A stretch of 64,000 bases of DNA from the human T2T-CHM13v2.0 reference genome, Homo sapiens, in the NCBI RefSeq assembly GCF_009914755.1, contig NC_060947.1, one strand, 5' to 3'. Below, one piece after another: positions 1 to 15,281 of this stretch. The notes below the pieces were generated by a model, which saw only the letters and a list, made by a program, of their open reading frames with translations, had not been told where the DNA came from and made no database searches. The translations under genes and the position numbers were made by a program. Each line of letters begins with the position of its first letter. The stretch's first letter is position 1.

Positions 1-392
1 TTATTCGTTTGTTAGGGCTGCCATCAATAACTACCACCGACTGGGTGGCTTAAACAACAGAAATGTATTTTCTCACAATTCTGGAGGCTACATGTCTGAG
101 ATCAAGGTGTCAGCAGAGTTGGTTTCTTCTAAGGCGTCCTTCCTTGCCTTGTAGTCAGCTGTTTTCTCCCTGTGTCTGCCTTAGTCCTCCCTCTGTACGT
201 GTGTCTGTGTCCTCATTTCCTCTTCTTATAAGGGCACTGGGCAAATTGCCTTAGGGCCCAGTCTAATGACCTAATTTCTCTTAATTACCTCTTTAAAGAC
301 CCCACCTATGTCACATACAGTTACATTCTTAGGCACTAGGGGTTAAGACTTCGCCATATGAATTTTGAGCAGACACAATTCAGCCCATAATA
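1..392 (-). mobile_element. MLT1 (ERVL-MaLR) LTR
   Basis: GGGTGGCTTAAACAACAGAAAT...CTCACAATTCTGGAGGCT and ACACAATTCAGCCCATAA motifs. Confidence 0.8.
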
Positions 393-421
393 GTATTGCT
401 GTTAGCTTTATCTTAATACCG

Positions 422-725
422 TTTTTTATTTCTGAGACAGGGTCTCATTCTGTTGCCCAGGTTGGAGCGCAGTGATGTTAATGTGGGTTACTGCAGCCTG
501 CAACTCCTGGGCTCCAGGGGATCCTGCCATGTCACCCTCCCTATTAGCTGGTAGTACAGGCATGTAACAGCACACCAGGCTAATGGTTTAATTTTTTTTT
601 TTTTTTTGACATGGGACATCCCACTATTTTTCCCAGGCTGGTCTGGAACTCCTGTGCTCAAGTGATCCTTCTGCCTCGGCCTCCCAAAGTGCTGGGATTA
701 CAAGCATGAACCAACAAGCCCAGCC
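422..725 (-). mobile_element. AluJ
   Basis: Antisense Alu dimer ending CTCCCAAAGTGCTGGGATTACA; diverged. Confidence 0.85.
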
Positions 726-2055
726 TTATTTTAATACTATCTTCACTACTATTGTCACTATCATTTATTTTATTCTTACAATTACCTGGAAAGGTAGGAA
801 GTAGTCACTGAAGCTCACAAAGTTCATCTATTGCTGAACCTCACCAGGAAAGGAAGTACTAGTCAAACAGACAAACCTCATGTGTTTTCAAGTGGAGTGT
901 AACTGAGAAAGTCAGATTTGTTAGATTTCTTATCATGAATTTATTTGTTATTGTTAAATTTTACATGCTCAGCATCAGTAAAGAAAAGAGTAATGAAAAA
1001 TCATTAAGCCCAGAGATAAATCCACACACTTACGCTCTATTGATTTTTGACAAAGATGCCAAGCACAGACAGTGGGGGGAGGGCAGCTTTCAATAAATGG
1101 TATTGGAGAAATTGTACATCCACACGCAGATGAATGAAATTTGACCCTCATCTCTCACCATATACAAATCATAAACAGAGGGAGGCTGGTATGTTGCTTC
1201 ATCTGGGAACTTATAAAGATTTATTGACTGCTTTGGAAAATTACATCACTGCAGGGCATTCCATTCCTGGATTCTGCTCTGACACAACAGTCCAATATCA
1301 GTTTACTTTGTCGTTGTGCATGCCTGGGGGAAAGAATGATGGGAATCCAACTTCCCTACCAACATGACCTTTTCCAGGATCAGCTTCACTGTATTCCTTG
1401 TTTTTAAAAAATTAAGTGTTTTCTACTTTGATGGAGAAAATTTTAATCTCAATTTTGCCTTATTTTTCATTCTAAAATTACTAGATTGCATAATTATTTC
1501 CATAGCTTTGTACTTTGAATTGTTTTAGTACTAATTTTTTATTTTATTGTGTTATTTATTCATCTTGTTACTTATGTAGTGCTTTAAATTTATTTTTCAC
1601 TTCAAGAGTTTTTTTGTCTGTGTGAAGAATATCAACTCTACATATTATATAAAGACTAATTTTTCTGTATATATATTGTTCGAAGGTTGTTGACTTACTA
1701 TTTTTTCTTTTTTAAAACCTGTTTAATTAACAACTATTATATGTATTTATGGGGTACAATGTGATGTTTTGATATATGTATACAACTTAAGAGTTGCATC
1801 AGTTATAAAAGGTACTGGATAGAAGTGCAACACATTGTTTACCTCAGACTGGAGAAATTGTGGTTGTTAGTGTTTATTCTGCTATTCCATATTTTACAAG
1901 TTTCTATAAAAAGCATCTACTACTTTTTTAATCAGAAAAGAAATATTATTTTACATCAGGAAAATCAATATTAAATTCCCTCAGAGAGAATATACTATCA
2001 CAAATCTTTGATAAAATAAATAGCAGTGTGCTATCTTGAATACATTTTCTTGGCC

Positions 2056-2604
2056 TATTAGCTGGGGTTCTCTAGAGGGTCAGAACTAATAAGAGATATA
2101 TATATATATAGCTCCTATATATATATGTATATATATATATCTCCTATATATGTGTGTGCGTATATATGTACATACACATATGTATCCACATATATACATA
2201 TATATACATATATATATATGAGTTTATTAAGTATTAACTCACAAGATCACAAGGTCCCACAATAGGCCATCTGCAAGTGGAGGAGCAAGGAAAGCCAGTC
2301 TGAGTCCCAAAACTGAAGAACTTGGAGTCCAATGTTCAAGGGCAGGAAGATTCCAGCATGAGAGAAAGGTGTAGGCTGGGAGGCTAGACTGCTCTAGCCT
2401 TTTCACATTTTTCTGCCTGCTTTATATTCTAGCCGCACTGACAACTGATTAGGTGGTACCCACCCAGATTAAGGGTGGGTCTGCCTTTCCCAGCCCACTT
2501 ACTCAAATGTTAATCTCCTTTGGCAACACCCTCACAGACACACCCAGGATCAATAATTTTCATCCTTCAATCCAATCAACTTGACACTCACTATTAAGGT
2601 CACA
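2056..2604 (-). mobile_element. MLT2A-like (HERV-L) LTR with internal (TA)n/(CATA)n microsatellite at 2095-2220
   Basis: GGTCCCACAATAGGC..CTGCAAG, CAAATGTTAATCTCCTTTGGCAACACCCTCACAGACACACCCAGGA. Confidence 0.85.
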
Positions 2605-3534
2605 CTTGGTTATGTCAATTTTCCTTTTTAGGTATCATTTAGGGGTGGAGGATAGAGAGGACCTTAGTTTCCATTTTTCTTGGTGAAAGTTAATGAATGC
2701 TGCTTTCTGTGAAAGAAAGAAGGCTACAATATTTGCTGTAATAGTATTTCACGACATCAATACCATCTTTATCTTTATTTCTTTCATCATTACAGCAAAG
2801 GGAAATAATCATGGTGCTCAGTCATCAGACAAGAAGCAAAAGTCCATCAATGTGAATGCCAGAGGATATCTTTGCTTCTTAGAGTAGCCGTTTAGCAGTC
2901 TGTCATCTGTAAATTTACCTTAGCCTCTTCCAAATATTTCCTCATCTATCATCATTTAGGGGTTCAGAAAGTGGCTATTTTCGTATTTTTTTTGTCCAAA
3001 ACTTACTTAGGTTGGCTCCTTTACTAACTCCCAATCTTCTCCACTATAATGACTCTGGAACCAGTCCCTTTGCTGTGAAAGCAGCATCAACAACATTGAT
3101 TCTTCTACCTCAGACCCACTGGATAACATAATTAATGAAATTTTTAAACTTAAAATTGGAATGAAAACACCATAGAATTAGCAATGGCTAAATTATGTAA
3201 CTCCAAGCAGTTAACAATTAAGAGAAACTTTGTCCCTCAAAAAGTGAACATTACTTTCTTCTTTTTGATTTTTCTCAGAATTTTTTCTGAACTGAAAATG
3301 TAACAAATTCATAAAGGCCAAACACAGGCAAATTTTCTATTTTTTAATTTTTAATTTTTATGAGTACATAGTAAGGTGTATATATTTATGGGGTATATGA
3401 GATATTTTGAAACAGGCATACAATGCATAATAATCCCATCAGGGCAAATGAGGAATCTATCCCCTCATGTACTTTGATTTTTAATCCAAAATGTTAATTC
3501 TGCCTTTAAGTTTTTTTCTTTTTTTAGCATCCAT

Positions 3535-3820
3535 TTTTTTTTAAGACAGTCTCACTCTACTGCCTGGGCTGGAGTTCAGTGGCGCAATCAGCTCACTGAA
3601 ACATCTGCCTCCCACGCTCAAGTAATTCTCCTGCCTCAGCCTCCTGAGTAGCTGGGATTACAGGCACTTGCCTCCAGTCCTGGATAATTTTTGTATTTTT
3701 AGTAGAGACGAGGTTTCACCATTTTGGCCAGGCTGATCTCGAACTCTTGACCTCAAGTGGCCTGCCTGCCTCGGCCTCCCAAAGTGCTGGGATTACAGGT
3801 GTGAGCCACCGTGCCCAGCC
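3535..3820 (-). mobile_element. AluS
   Basis: Full antisense Alu. Confidence 0.85.
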
Positions 3821-4409
3821 AGCATCCATCTTTTTAATGACTATTTTAGTCTTAAAAACAATAAATTTCTCCGGACGCAATTCCTTTGAAAAAAATTATG
3901 ACAACATTAAATTGAATTATGCAATTTTAAAAATTATAATGATAAATTTACATGTCTCTGGGCTGGGTTTGATGGTTCACACTTGTTTTTGTTTTGTTTT
4001 GTTTTGATGGTTCACACTGGTAATCCCAGTTCCCATGGGAGGTCGAGGTAGGAGGATCACTTGTGCCCAGGAGCTCAAGGCTACAGTGAAGTAGCAACAC
4101 ACCACTGCAGTGCAGCCTATGTGACAAAGCCAGACCCTGTCTCAAAAACAAAGAAAGAAAAACTTTAATTAATTTATATGTGTCCTTAACCAAATTGCAT
4201 ATCCTTTGAGGGAAGAGGCTATTGAGCATCCTTTTGCCTCCCCGTAACTTCTAACACCTAAACTTATAATGATGGATCAATTCTCCAAAGGAAAGAATAT
4301 AGAGCAAAGCTAAGGAATACATGAAAACTGACAGAGAGAAGCAAGGACAATAAAATTGAGGAATATAAATCCGGAAAGAGAACTGAAGTATTATGGCATC
4401 CCCAAAATA

Positions 4410-4940
4410 GACATGTGACCCAAAGGAACAGAATAGAGAGCCCAGAAGTAAATCCATGCACTTACGGTCAATTGGTTTTTGACAGAGGTGCCAAGAACAC
4501 ACAGTAAGGGAAGGGCAGCCTTCAATAAATTGTATTTGGAAAATGATATATCCACATGCAGAGGACTGAAATTCCATCCTCATCTCTCACCATATACAAA
4601 AGTCAACTTAAAATGAATTAACATTGTATAATGTAAGACCTGAATCTATGAAACTACTAGAAGAAAACATAGGGAGAAAGCTCCATGACGCTGGTCTGGG
4701 CAATTAGTTTTTGGATATAATCCCCAAAGTGCAGGGAACAAAAGCAAAAGTAAACGAATGAGATTATCTCAAACTCAGAAACTTCTGCAGAGCAAAGGAA
4801 ACAATCAACAGTGTGCAAAGACAACCTATGGAATGAGAGAATACATTTGCAAACCATACATCTGAGAAGGGGTGAAGACCTAAAATATATAAGGAACTCA
4901 ACAGTAAGAAAACAAATAATCTGATTAAAACCTGAGCAAA
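4410..4940 (+). mobile_element. Old L1 (L1MA/L1PB-like) ORF2 3' fragment, followed by an Alu monomer at 4943-5085
   Basis: AAACTACTAGAAGAAAACATAGGG and ATTTGCAAACCATACATCTGA L1 motifs. Confidence 0.75.
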
Positions 4941-5957
4941 AAGCCCGGCACAGTGGCTCACACCTGTACTCCCAGCACTTTGGGAGGCCAGGTCAGAGGA
5001 TTGCTTGAGGCCAGGAGTTTGAGACCAGTCCTGGCAACATAGTGAGACCTTGATTCTACAAAAAAATAAAAATAAATTAGCTGGGGTAACAAGGCAGCCA
5101 TGGGAACTGATACCAAGGGTGGCTAGTCTCTCTGAGGGGAGATGAGACACACAAACTGCATCACCTCTGGCAGAGCACATGTGGAAGAAGTGACAGTCAT
5201 AAGAGGGGATAAGAAGGAAGTAATTGAAAATGTAACAAATTCATAAAGGCCAAACACAGGCAATTGGGAGAGCTGGAATCCCAGAAAGTCTCAGACACAA
5301 GTGGAATCCACATTCACTTGCCAGCTTTTTCCTGCACACCACCATCTGGCATTCATGAGGAAGACTGGAGGAATCCACGGAGGCCTGGGGGCATCTTCGT
5401 TGGCAAGAAACCCTGATTGCTTCGAAAACCTTGTCCCTTTAAAAAAAAAATCATTGTGTATATTTGAGGTTTACAACATGATGGTATGGGTTACATAAAG
5501 ATAGTAATGTGGCTAATGTAGTGAAGGAAATTAACCTATTATATCATCTCACAGTGACTTTTGTGTGACAAGAACAGCTAAAATCTACTTATTTAATCAA
5601 AGTGCCTAATATAATAGCAACAATCTTCATGTTGTACCTTAGCTCTCTAGACTTGTTCATCCTACATACCTGCTACTTTGTATCCTTGGACCTTCATCTC
5701 CCCATTTCCTCCTCTATCCTCCCCTGTCCCTGATCACCACCAATTTATTCTCTATCTCCCTATTGCTTGCTCTTTCTTCTATCTCCCTATTGCTTGCCCT
5801 TTCTTTCTTTCTTTTTCTCTCTTTCTTTCTTCTTCCTTCCTTTCCTTCTTTCTTTCCTTCTTTCTTTCCTTTTTTCCCTTTCTCATTCTCTTTCTTTCTC
5901 CCCCCACCTTTCTTTCTGATTCCACACATAAGTGAGATCATACAGTACTTTTCTTTC

Positions 5958-8022
<2,065 letters not shown>

Positions 8023-8324
8023 TTACTGAACAGTGGATAGGCCTTTTAAGCAGTTCCTAGAATCAATAATAAAGTTATGTTCAACTTTTATCTTCCCAGG
8101 CAAGAGATTCTTGTAGTAATAATGTTATGTTAATGAAGCCAGTGGAATAGTAAACTCTTGTTCATATAGGCAGTAAGCTGTGTGTGTGGTTTCAGTTCTC
8201 ATTACTTACTTTTAGATAACTTATGAGCGTGGTAGGTCATATAGGAAAGGGAAGGAGAGGAAGGGGGCCTTGATTAGCTAGTTGCTTTTTGTTAGTAAAT
8301 GAGGACATATGTGTGTGTGTGTGT

Positions 8325-9260
8325 GTGTGTACATATATCCTATTCATACATAATAATTGTACATATTTACAGGGTACAGTGAGATATTTTGATACACATA
8401 CACAACTTGTAATGATCAAATCAGGATAATCAGCATATCCACCACCTCAAACATTTAGCATTTCTTTGTGTTGGAAATGTTCAAAATCCTCTTTTATAGC
8501 TATTTGAAAATATACAATAGATTATTGTTAACTATAGTCACCCTACAGTGCTAAATAGACGACTAGAGATTATTCCTCCTATTTAGTCTTAATTTTGTAT
8601 CCATTAGCTAAACTCTACCTGTTCATCTCCCACCCTTCCCAGAGTCTACTATTCTCTATTCTGCTCTCTACATCTATGAAATAAAAGCTTTTAGCTTCCA
8701 CATATCAATGAGAATATTCAGTATTTATCTTTCTGTGTCTGGCTTATTTCACTTAATGTCCTCCAGGCTCACACATCTGAAGCCCATACATGTTGCCTCA
8801 AATGATGGGATTTCATTCTTTTATATGACTGAATAGTATTCCATTGTGTATACATACACCAATGTAAATTAGATTGTATTTTGTTTACTTATTTCTTTTT
8901 TATTGATACATTGTTGTACATATTTATGGGGTACATGTGACACTTTGATATATGTATACAAAGGACAATGACTAAATCAGGGTATTTAGGATATCCATCA
9001 CCTCAAACATTTATCATTTATTTGTGCTGGGAACATTTCAAATCTTCCCTTCTAGCCATTTTGAAATATATGATAATTTATTGTTACCATTAGTCACCCT
9101 ACTGTGCTATCAAATAGAAGTTATTCCTTTTACTTAATTGTATGTACCCATTAACCAACTTCGCTTCATCCCACCCACCCCCTGTTCCCAGCCTCTGGTC
9201 ACCAAAATTCTACTCCATTAGATCAAAATTTTTAGCTCCCACATATGACAGACAACATGT
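8325..9260 (-). mobile_element. Two old L1MA 3' end fragments
   Basis: TTGTACATATTTA(C/T)GGGGTACA...CACCTCAAACATTTA...AGTCACCCTAC motif present twice. Confidence 0.75.
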
Positions 9261-11314
9261 CTCGAACTCCTGAGTTAAAGCGATCCTCCTGCCTCTGCTT
9301 TCCAAAGTGTTGAGATTATACATGTGAACCACCGATCACAGCTTCTGTTTTCTTTTAAGATGTACATTAAACTCACATTTGTGAGTTTTCTCCTTCAGTC
9401 AGAAGAGGAACACTGACTCTTTCATCTGCCCCTTGGAGGTAAATTTTTCTTTTTAAATAAACTATGACTCCATTGAAATTCTTATTTCAACCAAGTTTAT
9501 GAAGCACTGTCTCATTTAAATTATCAGGGCTATATTATGCGAAGATTTAGAAGATTTGAAGCTCCTCCAACCCCAAATCAACTGAACCTTACTTGGTGAC
9601 CTGAACCCTCACCTCTCTTCTGATTAGGCTATTTCTGCTTTGGTTGAAGATGTTCATGGATCCTGCAAGGAAAATTCAATTTCCCTAATGTCTTGACATT
9701 TCCTATAATCACCAAACCTGTAACTATAGTGGATCCTACTCAGGATAAATGTGGTTTTAAGTTTATATCCTGTCGTAGGTTATTATATAAAAAATAACTA
9801 CAGGGATTTGCTAATTATATCTCCATTGTCTAGGTAATATACTTGGGAGAGGAAAAAAAGCATTGCTTCTCTTGTTTTTTGAGTGCTGGCCTTCCTCCCT
9901 CTGGCTCCCCTTGAGCAAGGGATGAAGCCATTTCTGGGGTTTGGCAAGTTAGCCTTATGGGCAGGGCATGTGGCTATTTGCTCATGGGATGTGACACTCC
10001 AGTAGGGTTGATTTTAGCTGGATTCTGGGAAGACCATTTTATAAGGGAATCTCTGTTGCAGATTCAGTTTTAAGGAGAGCTTCTTCCACTGTGGAGGGCA
10101 TAACAGGGTAATTGGCTCTACTCCAGTAAGGGCTTCAGTTTTAATTAAATGGTCATATAAGTTTTAAGGTATCACGATCATGATTGATATTAAAATGTGA
10201 AAGAGTTATACATCATATCCAGTATGGCAAAAAAAAATGAAGAGGGAAAGAAAACTGAGAGTAAGGCATCTGGAAAAGCTAAATATTTGCTTCTAAAAGT
10301 AACTGTTTTGAGGGACGAACAGCAAATTTCACAAGCTCATGCACAGTCTTTGTGATGTTCAGATATTCAGGTATTAAAGGTATATGTTAAATAATGTAGG
10401 TGTTCCTAGTATGTGAACCATTTCATCCATACTCTGAAAATATTAGTGTTCAAGAATGTATTCCCTTTCAATCATGCCTTATATTCAATATCTGTGTCTT
10501 GTTCATATTCCGTGTTGTGCTTTTTCCATTTTCCTCAAGAATGTTTAAGCTACTGGATGCTCTCTTCCTAGATATTTCACAAAAGAACGATCTATTAAAT
10601 TTATTACATTTGGATTACTTTTCCTTTGGTTAATGATTCGTACCTTTCATTTACTGCCTGTTTCCTTTTCCCTTAAGTTTCTCTTGTGACTCTTTTTTTT
10701 ATTTCTAAGTATTATTTTCTTGTATCATGTAATTTGCTGTCTATTTTAATAGGATACGCATATAATGCTATGACTGTCCTAAGAATACAATTCAGGCTTG
10801 TTCAATAGGCTCCTGGAAATCGTCTGTAAACTATCCTTTAATGTAAATAGTCGAATGGAATGGTTCAGCAGTGTGGAGTAAAAACATTTAGATAATTTCT
10901 TCCCTATACGTGCAGTGCTTCCTTTAAATTCAGAAGTTCTTCTAATTAAGTCAGCAATTTGGAAAACATGTATGAAAAATACTTATGTGGACTACTCAGG
11001 ACTTAGTACATTATAGACTTTGAACTCTAAATCATATCATCTGATGACTCAAGGCAGAAGCCTGTAATATAACCTCTGATATGGTTAGAGGTTACCATAT
11101 ATGTCTTCAATCTAATTATACACAGTAGCTCATGAAGACTGACAGGAGGACAGGGAGCATGCTTAGCACAGGCATCTTACAACCACCTTGAGCATGACTG
11201 ACCTACATGCATTCTCCCTACTTCATGGGTCACAAAAACCTGACTGTCTCTATCGATTTTATTACTCAGTCATTCAAGGCTTCACTGCGGGAAGACTTTA
11301 AAATGTAATCATTG

Positions 11315-11612
11315 GGTCTGGCGCAGGAGGAGGTTCACCCCTGTAATCACTCCCAACATTTTGGGAGGCCGAGACGAGTGGGTCACTTGAGGTCAGGAGT
11401 TCGAGCCCAGCCTGGCCAACATGGTGAAACCTCGTCTCTACTAAAAATAAAAAAACTGGTTGGCATGGTGGCAGGCACCTGTAATCCCAAATACACGGGA
11501 GGCTAAGGCATGAGAATTGCTTGAATCCGGGAGGCAGAAGTCGCAGTGAACCGAGATCGGAACACTGCACTCCATCCTGGGTGACAGAGTGAGACCCCAT
11601 CTGAAAAAAAAA
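11315..11612 (+). mobile_element. AluS (shared with the inverted arm at 23855-24150)
   Basis: Alu dimer with A tail at the same intronic position in both pseudogenes. Confidence 0.85.
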
Positions 11613-13544
11613 ATGCAATCATTGTTTAAGAGCCTGAGAGAATTCAGGATTTGACAAAATCCAAAAACACTCATGAAGGTCTCCATACAGGAAAACAAGC
11701 ATCAAGCAGAGTGCCTACTCATTTTCTTAGGAGCAATGAAATCTCAACTCAGATATTTTAATTGGACTAAAGCTGATTGTTATGATGAAAAAATCATGAA
11801 AATCAGAATATCTGTGTATTCTCTCCAACAGAACCATAGCATGCAGAAATCAGCACTGAAATGGATTTTAATCTATTTGATATGCATTCACTACTTTCAA
11901 TAAAAGCAAAAATGGGTGTAGGATTGATGTGATTTGTCCAGAATCTCACAAATCGTGTTGGAGCTGGTACTAGAATCTCCTTCAGAGATCAGTATATTTC
12001 ATACAAAGTGGTATTACAAATGCATTATATATTTGTGAGAAACAGAAATTACAAAGTAATCTGAAAATTGTTAGCTGTTGGTTATACTTAGAAGTAACAA
12101 AATGCTTTCCTATTTGATGGTTCAATATGGCTTTCACCCAATTTGTGTCTGTATCTGATAGTGTTTCGGCTTTGCAGTCAGGCTTCTGGGGTCTGAACCA
12201 CCTTACAAATAAAGTCTGCATTTGAATTCTGTTTTTAAAGGGGCAGTAATATTCTCTCTTTTTATTATGAAAAGTGTAATATTGTGGAATACAGAAAGCA
12301 CATAATTTTGAATCTTAATGGATAACATACCTCCTTCTGGCATTTTAAATTGCTCTGACTTTGTCAGAATCTTCCCCTGGACATCAGGACCATCTCCGCA
12401 TTCATCCCCAGTCTTTGACTGAGACAGCTCCTGGAGATCAGCTTCCAGGTCAGGCACTAAAAAATACCAAGGAAATCGATTGGAGCAGCCAGACAAGAAT
12501 GATAAATAAGGAAATGATCCTATTCTTTTCCTCAGTGTTGTGCAATAAAAGCCTGTAGGCTACTGTGGTAATAAATGTGATGCAAAGATGTCCCCGTTTG
12601 TTTTCCTGTATTATGATATCTTATTTTTAATGACAATCTGAGGATAAGTCTCAGCACACCTGCATTTCCCATACTTTACCATTGTGTATTATAAACACAC
12701 AGCTACCTAGGAAACCTGAAGATGGCCTCGTGGATAGCATTTTAATCATAACTTAAATGTAATTTTCTGAAGGATTAGATCAATGTATTGGTGAGCCTAT
12801 GACAAATCCTATAGTCTTGACACTCATCTCCTGTTGAGGTATCTTGAAAATGTTGTTGTTAACCTTAATTAAAGTAATTCTTAGGTTGAAAGGCCCTATA
12901 TGTGACTTTCCATACATGAATGTCATTAAGAAAAAATACAAAATATAACAGCAAAATCACTGTCTTCCAGTGAGAGTATGGGAACTGAAGTGCAAAGAAA
13001 TTAATGGGCATTGTTGACAGTCATATTCTGGAAACCCCTTAACAGGGAATTGCTAAAATAATCCATGGCCCAAATTCTGTCTCTGATTAGTCTGAAAATG
13101 CTATCTGTTGAGGAAACAGTTTCTGTTTCATGATAATCTTATCGTACTTGAAGTTTTCTAATTATAAAAATATTAGAACAACTTTTAAAAGCCCCTTCAA
13201 AATCCTACAAACACAGTTACCTGTATGCCATTGTCCTGAATTATCCAGCTTTTACTAAACATATGGTCAAAAATATAAATCAAAGGAAACAGTGGCTGTC
13301 ATCCATTGGCCTCTTTTCTGGAGTTGCTATCTTGCTTCACTGAACTGCGTTTTGCCCTGAGCCAATACCAAATTACCTTATAGTACAGACACATTTAAGT
13401 ATTAAGCATTTTTAAGCAAAATCATTCACATTTTCTAAAACAGAAGGCGGGAAGAATGCAAACCTTGAAACAAAATATGAATTCCTTCTCCATGAGTCGT
13501 GTTCTTGGTAAGTCTCAACCTCTGATTCTCAGTTTTCTTATTTA

Positions 13545-13852
13545 TTTTTTTATTTTTATTTTTATTTTTCAAGACGGAGTCTCGCTGTGTCACCGAGGTT
13601 GGAGTGCGGTGGTGCAATCTTGGCTCACTGCAACCAATGCCACCCGGGCTCAAGCAACTCTTCTGCTGCAGCCTGCTTAGCAGCTGGGATTATGAGTGTG
13701 TGCCACCATGCCCAGCTAATTTTTGTATTTTTCGTAGAGACAGGGTTTCACTATGTTGGCCAGGCTGGTCTCGAACTCCTGACCTCAAGTGATCCACCCG
13801 CCTCGGCCTCCCAAAGCACAGGGATTACAGGCATGAGCCACCACACCGGGCC
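13545..13852 (-). mobile_element. AluS (counterpart of 21280-21598)
   Basis: Antisense Alu with the same 3' flank (GAGACTTACCAAGAAC) as the 21.3-kb Alu. Confidence 0.85.
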
Positions 13853-14908
13853 TCAGTTTTATTTATAAAATGAGGTTAACATCCCTTTGCAAATGGGCTT
13901 TATTCAGGGTATTATAAGGTAGGGCGACTTGGCACTCCACATGCTATTAAAGGGTGCTTAAAACACTGTGAACACCATGGCTGAGAAGATCTCACTGCAA
14001 CATCCTAAGAATATCAAGTTAAACTAGTGAAATAATGTACATTTTTATACAACCAATTAAATGGTTTCATCTGATTTAGGAAGGACTGTATTTTCAAGCC
14101 CACAAAATGCATCTCGAAGAAAAAGAGAAGATTAATCATATCCAGGGACTGCAGGAAGCTGCAAACTATACCCGTCACGTTTCCAGCCAACCCTCAGCAA
14201 ATGTTTGAGATCCTTTCCTAGTGTTTTCTTTCCTCCTCTTACTGGTCATGGCATAAGGCATGATGCACACATAGGTCTCCTCCCCCCCATAGACATTCTT
14301 TCTTTCCCTTCCCACCACCTTGAATCTCAGCTGCACCCTGATCTTCTTCTGTCTTCTGACCAGGTGTACGATCCCAACTTTAAGCTGGTGGTTCTTCTTG
14401 TTGAGGCTCTGGCACACTGGGCTCCTGGGAAAAGAGGGTTTTGTGTGTGCGCGTGCAGATAAAAAATTTTTCTTATCAATGCATGTCAATAATACGAATA
14501 TACAGATTACATAGATACTTCTGATCATATGCATGTTTAAAGACATGCTGCAACACTAGCTATGTGCTAGTGTAATGAGCTATGAATAAGCATGAGGAGG
14601 AAATCACTAGTCAAATCTGGGGAACACAAATTCCCACATCCAGGAAAAACCAGTATGTAGTCCTCTTGGGTTACTGTTTCCTTCATGAGATGCCGCAATG
14701 GTTTTTTGTCAACATGGGAGACCTTTATCATTGCATCTATACTAATTCAACAACACTATCACACAAAAAAAATTCTGCTAATAGAAAACATCAAATGTTA
14801 AGTCACTCACAAGCATAGGCCCAATCAGCTGAGCAAGTCGTAAACATCGTCTTGGTCTATATCATCTTCCTCGCCAACTCATATTTCAGTCTGCAAACAG
14901 AATAGTGT

Positions 14909-15200
14909 GCACTTTGGGAGGCCGAGGTGGGTGGATCACCTGAGGTCAGGAGTTCAAGGCCAGCTTGGCCAAAATGGTGAAACATCGTCTCTACTAACAA
15001 TACAAAAACTTAGCTGGGCATGGTGCGGGTACTTGCAATCCCAGCTAATCAGGAGGCTGAGGCAGGAGAATCGATAGAACCCAGGGGCAAATGTTGCAGC
15101 CAGCCGAGATCACGCCATTGCACTCCAGCCTGGGCAACAAGAGCAAGACTCCCTCTCAAAAAAACCAAACCAAACCATAGCAAATCAAAACAAAACAAAA
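14909..15200 (+). mobile_element. 5'-clipped AluS at the 5' breakpoint of the minus-strand XAGE pseudogene
   Basis: Starts at GCACTTTGGGAGGCCGAGG, lacking about the first 30 nt of Alu. Confidence 0.8.
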
Positions 15201-15281
15201 ATCAGAATACTGTGATTGGAAAAATGGGGTACATGTGCAGGATGTGCAGCCATCAGATGGCTAGATTTTACTGTTTCACAC

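Larger units (their letters stand above)
10140..14900 (-). pseudogene. XAGE5/XAGE3-like unprocessed pseudogene; exons 14890-14811, 14424-14319, 12456-12331; exon 1 and last exon missing
   Basis: Exons with AG/GT sites translate MSWRGR*YRPRRCLRLAQLIGPML / EPSVPEPQQEEPPA*SWDRTPGQKTEEDQGAAEIQ / VPDLEADLQELSQSKTGDECGDGPDVQGKILTKSEQFKMPEGG. Stops at 14862-64 and 14380-82. Confidence 0.9.

Noticed and set aside
2640-3130. Possible degraded coding sequence on the minus strand
   Set aside because: Several stops and no recognisable protein; would need BLASTX.
5745-5800. Short tandem duplications (also 36207-36237 and 37798-37835)
   Set aside because: Ordinary slippage micro-duplications within old repeats; no array structure.
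12203-12496. 97-aa ORF with an intact GAGE-domain segment as a functional gene
   Set aside because: One internal exon plus intron flanks; upstream exons carry stops, and the promoter and last exon are missing.
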